A stretch of DNA of 63,686 nt, counting the filler, from Gonapodya sp. JEL0774 (taxonomy: Eukaryota), in the NCBI GenBank assembly GCA_027604505.1. It is 46 parts of 46 records of this genome, joined end to end, with 100 filler letters (N's around TTAATTAATTAA, not from the genome) between each part and the next. Parts side by side here need not be neighbours in the genome. Positions count along the whole stretch, not along the records: positions 9,779 to 11,072 come from JADIIX010003413.1; positions 11,173 to 12,466 come from JADIIX010003414.1; positions 12,567 to 13,859 come from JADIIX010003415.1; positions 13,960 to 15,252 come from JADIIX010003416.1; positions 15,353 to 16,644 come from JADIIX010003417.1; positions 16,745 to 18,035 come from JADIIX010003418.1; positions 18,136 to 19,426 come from JADIIX010003419.1; positions 19,527 to 20,816 come from JADIIX010003420.1; 38 more parts are not named here. One strand, written 5' to 3'. Positions 11,040-24,351 of this stretch are shown here, one piece after another. The position numbers and the translations under genes were made by a program. The stretch's first letter is position 1. The number at the start of each line of letters is the position of its first letter. Below the pieces are notes generated by a model. That model saw nothing but the letters and a program-made list of their open reading frames with translations. It was not told the origin of the DNA and did no database searches.

Positions 11040-11226
11040 CTGACAACAAAATGATAACTATCCCCTTGTGAGNNNNNNNNNNNNNNNNNNNNNNNNNNNN
11101 NNNNNNNNNNNNNNNNTTAATTAATTAANNNNNNNNNNNNNNNNNNNNNNNNNNNNNNNNNNNNNNNNNNNNGCGGTACCGGTGTGCCCGAAAGTTTCTG
11201 TACGCAGCATTGCACTTTAGTTGGAA

Positions 11227-12345
11227 TCACCATACAGAAAATGAATAATCGTTGGAGAACGAATTCAATACCGCTCTACTCACCCTCTTACGAGCTTCAG
11301 ACACGCAATTGTCCTCGAACTGGAATCCGGTGACTGTCTCAGCAATATGAAGAGAAGATGAGATTGCCCAATCTTGATCGCTGAGTGCCATTGGGTCTTT
11401 ATCGCAAATTTTCATGGAGTCTGGGTATAGGTTTCTTGAGACAGATGGTGAAGGGTGGGCGCAGGTTTCAACCAGCACATATGAGCACAAAAACGTCCGC
11501 AAATAAGCTCACTTGTAAAGACAGATGTGCGCTGCGGCACCACTAACATAGTACTCGCAACTGTCGTATATAGGAAATCTGTTGGTGACCGAAGTGAGGA
11601 CAGAAGACGCCGTTTGGGCAAGAGGATATCAGGATGCTTGCAAATTGTACAGTTGTGAAAGCAGTAACCCACCTTACATCTGGCCCAAACGTTTCTTCTG
11701 GATGTGGATCACCTTGTTTCTTCTCGCCGACTTTGTAGTGATGAATCATTCGCTTTTTCGGGATCGGAATTGATGTTTTCACTGTGAACATGTCCTCGGG
11801 CTCGGCTAGGAAACACATATTCACTTTCGGTTACAGACTCAATAAATAGGAGCACATTAACTTACTATCACAATCACTGGGGTTATCATGGTCATCGATC
11901 AGTGCTTGTAGGATACGAGGTTGGGGATGCTCCGGCACCGACCGGGTGGAAGGAAGACAAAAACCCTCCTGTTCACAATAAACAATGAATGTACCGTCAT
12001 TTGAAAAGGGGATTGAAATACACTTACCATTTCAGGTTCCGACACATCTTCAAGTTCTGGAGGTTTACGTCGGGTGATAGGGATGACAGGGGCACCAGAA
12101 AGGTGGTGCGTGGGATGCCTCTGGCCACAAGCAGCCATTCTATCAAAACCAGAGAGTAACAATGGAAAAGTGCATCAACAAAGAAGCCCACGGGGCCAGA
12201 AGACCCTGCTACCGCTGCAAGAACAGCGGAACTTGAACCCGGCTGGGAGGGGACAGGAGCAATTTTTGATGGTTTGGTAGCCTTGCCTACCGCTACTGGA
12301 GGCTTGGATTTTTGAAGCCCGCGTTTGTGTTTGGGTGTTTCCTGA
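11227..12345 (-). CDS. Hypothetical multi-exon protein fragment
   Basis: Several minus-strand exon-like segments with GTAAG/GTGAG donors; no family recognised. Confidence 0.3.
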
Positions 12346-12566
12346 TGAAAATGCAATGACACATTGAGTGTCAGTAGTTGATTCCGCAGACACACAAAAC
12401 TCATACACACAGCTTGATTCTCCTTCTGGGAGTTACTATTTGGCTTTGCGGACGGAATCGCGCTCCNNNNNNNNNNNNNNNNNNNNNNNNNNNNNNNNNN
12501 NNNNNNNNNNTTAATTAATTAANNNNNNNNNNNNNNNNNNNNNNNNNNNNNNNNNNNNNNNNNNNN

Positions 12567-13859
12567 TGGCTGCCGGGGGGGTGTCATTATTCCTCCGAAA
12601 GCAAATTGATTCGTTGGTAAAGTATTCGTGGGAGGTTCTTCAGATCGCCGAAGGCGATGCTCCCGGAGAATTTCGAGTTTGGGCATTGGTGAACCGGAAT
12701 CTGCATGCACTCAAGCTTCATGTTCCCCGAGTGTTCTATGTGAACAGCAGGAGGCCCAACACTTTCACCAAATTGAGCAGCAACTCCGCTATCACCATTC
12801 AGCAGCGAGTGAAAATTCTTCCTCGGTCGCACAAGTGCCTGTATCTTTATGAAATGCAGATGTCTGAGCAAACCTTCCGCGACAATGCAGAGGCTATCTC
12901 GTCTTTCACGAGTCATCCACAAATTGAAGGTGTTTATGAGATGAACGTTCCACTTCTGTACCGGGCTCTAATCAATCTCGGTAAGTGGGAGGATGCAATG
13001 AAGAGAGTTCCCATTTGTTCAACATTAAGCATACTGTTGCTACAGGGTCATCCGTGACTGTAACGGCGGCGAGACGAAGTCAAATTTTAAGGTCCGGTAT
13101 TGAGAATGGCTTTCAGCTACCTGATTTAATGCCAGCAGCCATGGGTCGGTCACCTTACCTCGATAACGCCGCCGGCAGATTGAACTTTGTGTTCCTCTAC
13201 CACACCAGCTCTGAAAATCGTCATTTGTTCGGCGTGTACTTTACTGCCGTAAATCGATCACACGTGTTTGTCGTTGATCGAACGGAGCAACTGCCAAATC
13301 TTGCGAAAACATATTCAGAAATGCGAATCGCCCTTGAGAACGGGTCTGGTAGCAATGGAACACAACCCACTCCAAGTGCGAAGTCAAGCACCCAAATGCG
13401 ACTCGACAGTGTCTTCACTTATCATGACACCTTGGAATTTCAGACGGAGGTGTTCCCTACTGACAAGGAGGGTTTTAAGGCTGTGCAGCGCACCATCTCT
13501 CAATACCAAGATGAACGACATGGACCCACCGTCATCCTCGTTCAATCACAGCGGTCTGTGAGATATCTAGCAGACCGCGTCATTAATCTGAATGGCTTTC
13601 CGGCAATGGCTATCCCGTCACATAAATCAGACAATGCTTTCCCCGCGCTGGACTGGCAGCGTCCTGCGGCGCGACGAATGATGGCACATTTGTTGAATGT
13701 GAACTCTTATCTTCAGGATAGAATTCGACTGGCCCAGCACATAGATGCTCCACTCTGCAACATTGACACCGACTTTCCAATATTTTCGGCGGACTTGACG
13801 CTTGCGCGAAAGCTTCAACGTCATGACATGATCCTATGGTTAAGTCTTTCCGGAAGGCC
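12567..13859 (+). CDS. POL2: DNA polymerase epsilon catalytic subunit, C-terminal half fragment
   Basis: WEVLQIAEGDAPGEFRVWAL...LHVPRVFYVN, IEGVYEMNVPLLYRALINLG, FPALDWQRPAARRM, DAPLCNIDTD; one intron. Confidence 0.95.
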
Positions 13860-14207
13860 NNNNNNNNNNNNNNNNNNNNNNNNNNNNNNNNNNNNNNNNN
13901 NNNTTAATTAATTAANNNNNNNNNNNNNNNNNNNNNNNNNNNNNNNNNNNNNNNNNNNNCGATAAGAATTCATCACAATCAGAGCGATGGAGCCATTTTG
14001 TTGAGTACTCGGGGGAAGGAATCTTGCGCCATTCTGAGGAGGAGGTCACGCGATTGAAGCCGACAATACCGAACGCGATCACGACGCGCGCGCGCTCACC
14101 GGCAGCGACCGTCGTCTGCGAATCCTGTGAGTTTGCGGCGTCCAGGAGCAACGAAAGTGAGCTCCAAGTACCGAACATTGAAGAAAGTGTGTGTGGTCTT
14201 CACCAGG

Positions 14208-15197
<990 letters not shown>

Positions 15198-15352
15198 GTG
15201 CGTGTTTTTGTTTTGAACACCCGTTGCCAAATCTTTTTGTCACCCTCTCACCNNNNNNNNNNNNNNNNNNNNNNNNNNNNNNNNNNNNNNNNNNNNTTAA
15301 TTAATTAANNNNNNNNNNNNNNNNNNNNNNNNNNNNNNNNNNNNNNNNNNNN

Positions 15353-16644
15353 TTGTAGCTGTCCTGAATCGATGTGTTGGAACCCAGTCCGTTGGAAGGT
15401 GGGTGGCGGTGGACGGCATCGCCTGCGCAAAAGACCCGACCAGAACGGTATCGAGTCGCGTACATTTTGTTGTTGCCCCAGAGGGATATAGAGTGGATCT
15501 TCACGGGGAGTTTGTCATCTCCGACCAACTGCCGCACGACTTTGATGGCTTCCTCGTCCGTCACTTTTGGAGGTGGTTGGTTGATGTCGTATCCCCATAC
15601 AATAAGCCACTCGTCCCACATTCGGACCATGCGGACCAAGCCGAGTCCGATTCCACCCACATTAGAGCCGGGTTGGAGCACCCAGTATAGGACAGAGGGG
15701 CGATGTGCGACGAGGTGGGTGAGGTCGGCGTGGAAGACAATGTTCATACTCCCGGCCAAATCCATTTGGCCCTCATAAGGGAGACCAATTTCTGGACCAA
15801 TCTGTGGGCAGAGTGATGATATAGAGAGTTCACGAGAACACTACTACTGTTAGTACTGTTTAACACACCTTGCTCCTACCACCATCCGCGCCAATCATGT
15901 ACTTTGCTCGTACCAGGTACTCCCTTCCCGAGAGTCTGTCCTGTACCTTTGCGGTCACCCCTTCGTCATCTTGCTGTAAAGAGACATACTCGGTGCTGAA
16001 CAAGATCCTGCTCCCTCGCTCCGCAGCTTTGCCAAGGATGATAGGTTCCAGCAACGTCTGTGGGATATCGCAGTTGGCGCTGGGGCTGGCAGCGATGTGA
16101 TCCCCTTCTCGATCAGGCCTTGTGAGCCATGTGCGGACACGACCGAATTCCTCTCCTGTGAGTGAGGTGCAGAAGACGGTGTCGCCCATGAGGTGGTGTG
16201 GGGTGCCCTGCGCTTTGACGTCGTTTTCGATTCCCAGGTCACGCAAGACCTCCATTGTTCGCTAATCAAAACAAGAGAAATTCCACGATGGAAAAATGAT
16301 CAGATATCTTCAGAGGACCACCTTTTCGTCTCTGCTCACCTGATTTGTGATGTGAGCACGTGGAGTGTTGGCGGTCCATCTGGAGGGGAATCGTGCCGGA
16401 GCACAAAGGATTACATTAGTAAGAGAAAACTCGTACGTGTTTCAGCAGCTTGCACAACTTTGATTCAACTCTTCGTGTCTCCCAAAGTCAACACTCCTCC
16501 CACGGCAAACTCTCACCTGTACTTTGTTATCACGATATGTGAGACACCGTATGTCGCCAAAGCCAAGGCAGCCGCACCTCCAGCAGGCCCACTGCCTATG
16601 ATGAGCACATCGGTCGTGTACTCGTAAGGTGAAGATGTCTTCAA
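15353..16644 (-). CDS. tfdB: FAD-dependent phenol monooxygenase, 2,4-dichlorophenol 6-monooxygenase-like; 3 introns
   Basis: DVLIIGSGPAG, WTANTPRAHITNQRTMEVLRDLG, IGADGGRS, HRPSVLYWVLQPG, FCAGDAVHRHPPSNGLGSNTSIQD; introns 16380-16516, 16262-16339, 15802-15868. Confidence 0.9.
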
Positions 16645-16749
16645 NNNNNNNNNNNNNNNNNNNNNNNNNNNNNNNNNNNNNNNNNNNNTTAATTAATTAA
16701 NNNNNNNNNNNNNNNNNNNNNNNNNNNNNNNNNNNNNNNNNNNNCATTC

Positions 16750-17711
16750 TCAGGCCTGCCCGACCGTTTTACTCACAACAATGATCATCTCAGGCTCGGG
16801 GTGGACAGCTCCACGTGTAGATGCAGGACGGTGTTGCGTGGTTGGCCGTCTCCTCATGCAAAAAATGATCAAGAACGGTAGGGCTGCGCTCACGAGGAGG
16901 CATCCCGCAGCGATGCCGGCGATGGCTTCCAAGGGGAAAGCTTGCCCGCCTGGCGAAGGTGGTGCTGGTGATGGGGAACCAGGAGGGCCTGGTGCTGCGG
17001 TCCCCGTTGGTCCCGCTCCTGTCCCGGTGCCCCCGGCCATGGCAAGCTGTTCACCGAGCCTATCCCACGAATACCCGCTCGAGTACATGAGGTCGCACGG
17101 CGTGCCGACATTATCGCAGCGTATTTTGATGATGAGGACCCTATCCATGATGGTGGCTGTGTTCTGGGCGAGGATTTCTGCTTCGGTGAGGTTCACGGAG
17201 AGCGACCAGCAGCTGCCGGTGGGACCTGAAGGGGTAACGGAGACGGTGGAGCGGAGGGTGTAGTTGTTGGAGATGTTGGTGTACAGGGAGACCTGAGGCG
17301 TTTGAGTGGGGTGTCGTTGTGGGTGGTAGCGTTCCAAACCTCCCTGCCGACGTACCTGGACTGAATCCGCCATCGCCTTGGATGCTCCTAGACTCCACCA
17401 AGTGGTCCACTTGGTTCTATTTGCGATAGCGCCGAACGTGGATGTGAGGGTCGCTCCTGGACTGGGGAGTCGCCGGGGTGTATGCAGTGGATCGAACAGG
17501 CGGATCAACACGGGCACAGCGCGATTGAGGAAGATTGTACGCAAGAACGTACGTACGCGATCGGGTGAGAGTCGAGAACGCATGGAATCGCGCCGGATGC
17601 GCAGTTTTGGCATGTGGGGAAGTTGGACATGTAGGGGGCGGCGGGATGGGAGGCCAGGGAGAGCAGGGATAGGAGCAAGGTGATTGAAGACAGATGCCGT
17701 GGCCGTCGCAT
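16750..17711 (-). CDS. Single-pass type I membrane protein with signal peptide
   Basis: MRRPRHLSSITLLLSLLSLA signal; Cys-containing ectodomain; Gly/Pro/Thr stalk; TM AIAGIAAGCLLVSAALPFLIIFC followed by RRR; two introns. Confidence 0.7.
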
Positions 17712-18135
17712 TGCGGAGTATGGAGGGGAATCGGAGATGGAAACGTGAGCGGGAAGGGACAGAAGAGTGCTGTGGTCCGATCAGGGACATGTACCTGCCT
17801 GTCCTCAGCCATCACCTGTTCTTCCCCACTGGTGTGCACCACACACAACGAAATCTCAGAGCAGTGGCGACTGCGTCAATTGATATTCTCAAGCACGCTG
17901 GACGTATCGTTTCCACCGCAATAATCAATTCATCCAAACCCACAACGTCCCCCCGGCGCGTCCCCACCTCCAGTTCAATTGTTTCCCCCGCCTGCCCTTG
18001 TCCTGCCCTCCTCCCTCCTCCACGCCTCCATACCCNNNNNNNNNNNNNNNNNNNNNNNNNNNNNNNNNNNNNNNNNNNNTTAATTAATTAANNNNNNNNN
18101 NNNNNNNNNNNNNNNNNNNNNNNNNNNNNNNNNNN

Positions 18136-19426
18136 CATCCCTCTCGCTATACTTTGGCACCCTATCTGGCGCGTACTCCACATTGGGGATGTCCACGAGG
18201 AGGGGAGTGGTCGTGGCGGTCGCGGGGTGGGGCGCGGGTGTGAGTGTGGGTGTGGGTGCTGAGGCAGACGTGGGGAATGCAGGGAGAGCGCTATACGAGT
18301 CGAAAAAGTCGAACGAAAAAGCGGACGTGGCGCTCGACGTTGATGGAGGTTGAGCTGGTCCACTGCTGGTCCCCGTTGAGCGACTCTTGGGAACGGGTGA
18401 CCCAAACGCCATGAGGAGATCGATGGTGGCCAGGGGGTCGAATTCGGAGAGGTGCAAGGGCTGTGGGGTGGTGGTCGTGGTCGTGGTCGTGGTGGGGAAT
18501 GAGAAGGGCGGTGGGTTGGTTGCGGAGGTTAGGGGGGCAATGGGAACTGGTACAGGTGTGGAGACAGGAAGGGGAGCGGATGAAGTGGGTTGCAGGATGG
18601 TGGTTTGGTGGGGATGGGAAAGTGCGGCAGTGGTCGGAGCAGGAGGGATCATTGCCGTTCCGTGTCCGCCAGATCCCGACGTTGTTGATCCCACGCCACC
18701 GTCACACTCTCCCTTAACCGAGCTGGCTGGTTCTAATCCACGTCCTACCGCGCCAGTGCCCGTCCCGGTACCATTCCCGCTCTTGTCTGTCCTGGCACGC
18801 TTGGCTGCGGGTCGCGGGGTGACGGGTGTAGATTCGGGTGCTTGTGCCGTTGCTGAAGACAGCGTAGACATGGCCGAGTGGGTTCGCTTTGTAGATGTGG
18901 GAGCGGGGATGGAACGGGATGAGAGAGAGGTCGAGGACGGAGTCGGATTGGGTGGTTTGCGTGCGATGGAGGACGCAGCGGGACGGCGGGACGTGGAAGA
19001 GGTTGAGAAGGGTTTGCTCGAGGTAGGAGGTTTGGGTTTCAAAGAGGAGGCAGGGATGGGAACGGGAGTGGTCGCGGCAGAGGAGGGTTTTGCAGCGGGA
19101 TGTTTCTTCGGCGTGGCGTCTGTGGCCGACAGGGACGACGACGGTGCGGTATGTGGGGGGATGTTCGGCAACGTGGACGGAGCAAGGGGAGTCGAAGCGG
19201 GACCGGGTGTGCGGGAGCGGAGAGCGTCTTTAGGGAGTGGAGCGGGCAGCGGGGCGATGTCGAAGATGTCGTTGTCGGAGGAAGAGGAAGGTGACGGTGA
19301 AGGTGGGGAGGTGGAAGGAGGGTGGGAAGGGGAGTCTGATGACCAGTGATCTTGGTGTGGGTGGTGGAGAGCAGTTGATGAGTGAGGGTTGATTGGGGAA
19401 GAGATGTGGAACGACTGGTCCAGGAG
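18136..19426 (-). CDS. Pro/Ser/Thr-rich disordered protein fragment, possibly TACC/Alp7-like
   Basis: >360-codon low-complexity ORF ending VPKYSERD, similar to the YSxxD start of TACC coiled coils; family call tentative. Confidence 0.55.
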
Positions 19427-19842
19427 NNNNNNNNNNNNNNNNNNNNNNNNNNNNNNNNNNNNNNNNNNNNTTAATTAATTAANNNNNNNNNNNNNNNNNN
19501 NNNNNNNNNNNNNNNNNNNNNNNNNNTACATCGTACTGTTTGAACTCATCTTTACATCTGAGCCACGAAAATCTTCACATGATCTGACAGGTCACATCCT
19601 GCCAAAAAATCTACATGGCGGTGAGCGGTCACTCCTCTCCCGCGTGCTCCGGTACGTAGTACCGTGCATCCTGTCCAATTCGGCGGCCCCTGCACAACCA
19701 CAGCACACACCGCACCTTCCCGACCGCTTTCGAACCACATGCCGACCCAGCGATTCCCCCACTCCGATACCCACTCGATCCATATCAATTGTCGCCGTTT
19801 TCCCCCATCCTTTTCATCCGCCATCGATTGCCCCCTCCAGTT

Positions 19843-20294
19843 ATGGATTTGGACGACACGGAGTCACCGGCACCCCCACCCCCGCCGGGCGCAACCGAAG
19901 AGACGCTCAGAGTTAGCTGTCCAATGCCCATCAAGACCCGCACTCTCCACCCACCCATCACCCACCAACACCCTCTAAGGCCCACATCGCACTCCTCACC
20001 TCTCACATCGCCCTCCTCACCTCCGACCTCGCCACCCTCCAATCCACCCTCCAGTCCCAACTGCTGGCCCTCGAGAGCAAAGACCACATCAACCTCATGA
20101 ACAGGTTCGTCATATGTAAGCAGGACAAGAAGATTCTCAGACTTGAGGCGAGGAAAGGCGGGGTGTACAGGCACTGGGTCGAGCGGGTACACAGGGGGGA
20201 GCGGGAGCGAGAGACAGGGGTAGAAGGGATGCGAGAGATGCGAGGGATGGTCAGGTGGGTTTTGGTGATCCGATCGTTTCTTGTCACTAACTGA
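19843..20294 (+). CDS. Small hypothetical coiled-coil protein, spliced
   Basis: MDLDDTESPAPPPPPGATEETLR, intron, then heptad segment AHIALLTSHIALLTSDLATLQSTLQSQLLALESKD. Confidence 0.45.
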
Positions 20295-20916
20295 CTACGG
20301 TAATGTCAATGTGACCGACTCGGCGCCGTACATACAAATGCTTACACAAAATGTCACTCCGTCATCCGAATTCTACCAGGATTGATGAGAAACCCACACC
20401 GCCCACCGCCCACTGACCCCGCCTCATCCCCAATATCACAATCACGAACACATCATACCTCATACCTCATGATACCCGTCTCCTTCAAGTACGCCACGTC
20501 TTATTCTTTTACTCAACTCCAGTCCTCACCAAGAGTCCAGAAATCTTCCCGGCCAACCTGACACCTGCCGAAGCCCGAACACGAAACAGACACTGGACAC
20601 CGGTGCCGACTCTCAACCCTCGTGGCTCGTACCCATCTATTGATCTTTGAATCTATGATCTACCCTCATTATTGTCTTTCGAGTACAAAGTGTTGTTCGT
20701 TCCACGTGCCGGGCGGATACACAACGGCTAAGTGGCGAACATATATACCAGTGAAATATGAATAGATACCAGAGTACAAGAGTGCAGACCGCCGTTCCGA
20801 TCCCTGTCCAAGCTTGNNNNNNNNNNNNNNNNNNNNNNNNNNNNNNNNNNNNNNNNNNNNTTAATTAATTAANNNNNNNNNNNNNNNNNNNNNNNNNNNN
20901 NNNNNNNNNNNNNNNN

Positions 20917-22205
20917 TATAGAAATGCCTGTGAATCTGCTGGCATACACGAGGGACATTGGATCGGTCATATGCTCGTTAAAGGAAGTGATGGTGAATGA
21001 CCGAATCGCCATACGATTCGCGGAAACGATCGTGTATATTGGCAAGTTAAAACCTTCCACAAGATCGAGGAACGACATTCAAGAAAGCTCAGATCGAATA
21101 GAGAAGGAACTTCGACAACTTTTATCTTGTCGAACAATGACCAATGAAAGAGACGTTCCAAAACTGTTGATCCGTCTTGCTGAACTCTGGGATCATATCA
21201 TTCCGTGGGTGGATCCCATCCCCAGTTTTCGAGTGCTCAAGTTTACTTATTCTATTCCTCACTGTCTGAACCAGCCCGGAGCCCGCGAAGTACCACGCGT
21301 TTGGTTGCACATACCGCGACCCGGACCGTTCGCGATATAGTGGCATAGCAGGTGTTATGGATGACCTTCCGGGACTTGTCTACTGTCTTGAAAGCGAAAG
21401 ACATGCCGCGGAAGAAATCAAGGAGGCAGTGGATTATCTTACTGGACCGAGGGTGGATTCTGGAGGAGGTGAGGACCTGTGTTCGGAATCCGAACAAACA
21501 GATCGAATACCATCGTCATTCTAAATGCACCTAAAAGCTCGGCAAGAGTCCGTGAATGCGGCATCGTGGCTTCGAGTCTCCACTTCGGATGAATCTTTGG
21601 CCCGAATGCATCCACTCACTGTGCACCTTTCACGTACTCAAGACCTTCGGATAGTACCGGCCAATGTAGCGCAGTACATCAAACGAAGAAGCGCAAAGAA
21701 ATTTTATGGGGGTCTGATCACGAAGGGCTTGGTGGAATTGATTGAGGAAACCGTCGCGGTTCAACTTCGAGGTGGGCCAGAAAGAGTTCCCAGCGACCTT
21801 CAACGATATTTGAAAGATCGATTCTTTGTTATTTTTGGCTCCAATACTCTTAGCCCATGGTGGATACAGCGCCTCTTGTTCTGACCCTGAGCTTGTCCGG
21901 TGTGCACTGCAAATTCACCCGGCACGATTCCAAGCCCTCCACGCCCTTCATCGCCTTCTTCTCTTCGCACACAATACGCTTGTTGTGCGTCAGTCGGAAG
22001 TACCTTTCAGCGAAATCGTAAAGGTGTCGGGACTGCTTGAGTTCGTAGCAGATAGGTTGACCGACACTGGGATGGGAATGGTCGGAAGCGCCGCGCCTGT
22101 TGTTTCCTCAAACATTTCACAATACGCACGGTCAAACTTGGCAGCATTTGCAGTCAGGGATGCGACCCGTGCAGTGGAGGAGTGGTGCGTGAGGTTTGCT
22201 TGGGT
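20917..22205 (+). CDS. Hypothetical multi-exon protein, internal fragment
   Basis: Four plus-strand exons joinable through GT-AG introns across the contig; no family recognised. Confidence 0.55.
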
Positions 22206-22305
22206 NNNNNNNNNNNNNNNNNNNNNNNNNNNNNNNNNNNNNNNNNNNNTTAATTAATTAANNNNNNNNNNNNNNNNNNNNNNNNNNNNNNNNNNNNNNN
22301 NNNNN

Positions 22306-22668
22306 CAAGCTTCTCCGTTACTTCAGAGACTGAAAGCAAAGTCAACGAAGACCGTAGGGTAGCGATTGACATCACAATGACGCGTAGAGTGTAAGAAACA
22401 TGAACGTCACGCTCACTTTCACCATACAATCGCTCATACAGATCTGGATGTGCCTTAGCGAGCCACGATTTGCACTTGGGATGTGATCCTCCCCATTCGC
22501 AAAGCTCGGGCGGGTATGAACAAACTTTCGGAGGTGCGTGAACAAATCCATATTTCAAGTAATCCCTCTACCACGGCAGGAGAACGACATGAACTCACTG
22601 GCGCAATAAACGATATCTCTAAGCAATCTGCTCGAGGGACCGGTTGCGACCTCCTCCGTGTTTTCCAT
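22306..22668 (-). CDS. TMA22: Density-regulated protein / translation machinery-associated protein 22, 5' part
   Basis: MENTEEV...DIVYCA|VCSYPPELCEWGGSHPKCKSWLAKAHPDLYERLY zinc-binding DENR N-terminus. Confidence 0.92.
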
Positions 22669-22832
22669 CAGTCCAGAATCGCTTTTGAGAGTTCTGACAG
22701 AGACGTATGTAGAGGACAATGTCGGTTTCATAAAGTCCAATGTTTCAGAAGGTAGATTTGAAATTGAAACTGGACATTCGAAGTGTATCTTAATTACATG
22801 TGCAAACTCTTACAAATCACAAAGTCGCATTG

Positions 22833-23594
22833 TTAGTGGTACTTGAACTTGGTTCTGATGATGTACCTAAACCAGAATCATGGGGTCATGATCCGCACAA
22901 TCAGAATTTCACATCCCCACACAAACAGCTTACCTGATCCGAATCTGTTTAGTATCATAAACGATAAACTCGTTGTATTGTAAGTAGCCGTTGGGCTTGG
23001 GATTCTTCTTCAACTTCCCAAGCGGAACCTTTATAAGCGGCGGTGAGTAGTTGTGAGTTGGAATAACCCTTGGTAAAAATGTCCACAAGTAGTTAAATGA
23101 GCTCACCGTCATATGCTCGAGTTTTTCCTTCTGCGCCGCGTCTGGTTCTTGTAAGCCGAGTCCTTTGGTAGAATGCTTGCCGTTATCTTTCGAATGTTGG
23201 TCGGCATAGTAGTCGGCGTGTGTGAGCTCGTACTGGTCACCTAGCGCGACCTCGCAGAGCAAGAGAATACCAGTGTTGTTGGTTGGAGATGCTGCAAGGA
23301 AGAAGTTCGACTAGTAAGGGCACGGGGCAGTTCGAGTACACCATATTTGAGATTACGCACTGAAACAGTAGTTGGCAGACTTGGAAACCGCATCTGCAAA
23401 ATACACTCCTTTACCAAACTGTTGTACGGATGAAAGAAGATCAGAAAAAGTGTTCCCAAGGAAAACCGCGTCAGTTCAACGTACCATGTACCCAGAAACT
23501 GGGGCCTCCGGTGGTGCGATTCTCAGACCCTGAGACAATATTCCAACGTAGTTAGTCAGCCTAGATCCATGCCACAGTAGCTGCACGTTGTGAA
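22833..23594 (-). CDS. Poly(ADP-ribose) polymerase, catalytic domain 3' end
   Basis: [59 protein letters not shown] (H-Y-E triad); stop at 22833-22835. Confidence 0.96.
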
Positions 23595-23694
23595 NNNNNN
23601 NNNNNNNNNNNNNNNNNNNNNNNNNNNNNNNNNNNNNNTTAATTAATTAANNNNNNNNNNNNNNNNNNNNNNNNNNNNNNNNNNNNNNNNNNNN

Positions 23695-24036
23695 CATAAT
23701 GTTGAGCGCTTTGAGACGGAGCGATCTGATCTAGCAGCACAACTGCAGACTCTTGTCGGCGATCTCGCTTCAGCGACGAAGAATTTACCATCACTCGCTG
23801 CTGTGGATGCTTCTACTCTCGGAAAAGCAGTTTCGCAGCTCGCAGCAACCTGGACCGAGAGGCTCGCCAAAGTGAAGCAAGCTCACGATGAGCTTGTGGT
23901 GTTGAGGAGAAGGAGTGACTCGTCTGGAGTAGACGAGAAGACTAGAAAGCATGTGGGAATGGTGATAAAGAAACTTGACGATGAAGCGGACGCGTTGGGA
24001 CGCAAGGCGGAGACCCTAGTAGCAAGCATCTCATAA
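23695..24036 (+). CDS. C-terminus of a hypothetical helical protein
   Basis: Frame open from the contig edge to TAA at 24036; coiled-coil-like composition. Confidence 0.5.
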   Translation, partial: HNVERFETERSDLAAQLQTLVGDLASATKNLPSLAAVDASTLGKAVSQLAATWTERLAKVKQAHDELVVLRRRSDSSGVDEKTRKHVGMVIKKLDDEADALGRKAETLVASIS

Positions 24037-24351
24037 TAGTAACATGAGATTGCGCTTATCCAAATTCGAGGACCTCAAACCCATTTGATCTGCATTCGCA
24101 TCTTCCGAAGCCGTGCGTACGTGGGCCGCGACATATTGGCAGAACGTTTTATACGCGCGAATGGCAAGCCTCAGTTGATCTTTAATGTTCACAAAATCAT
24201 ACAAAAGAAATGCAAAAAGATAATCACACATACATATTTATACTACTGGAAGACGGAGCTTGAATAAAAAAAATTTCTGGCAGTGACGCCCGGAAGCAAC
24301 GATATTCGACCTAGTTCTTTTCTTGGTCCGCCTTCATCACAAACGACGCGT

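Noticed and set aside
18387..19349. 320-aa plus-strand ORF
   Set aside because: Antisense shadow of a Pro/Ser/Thr-rich gene; codon bias explains the absence of stops.
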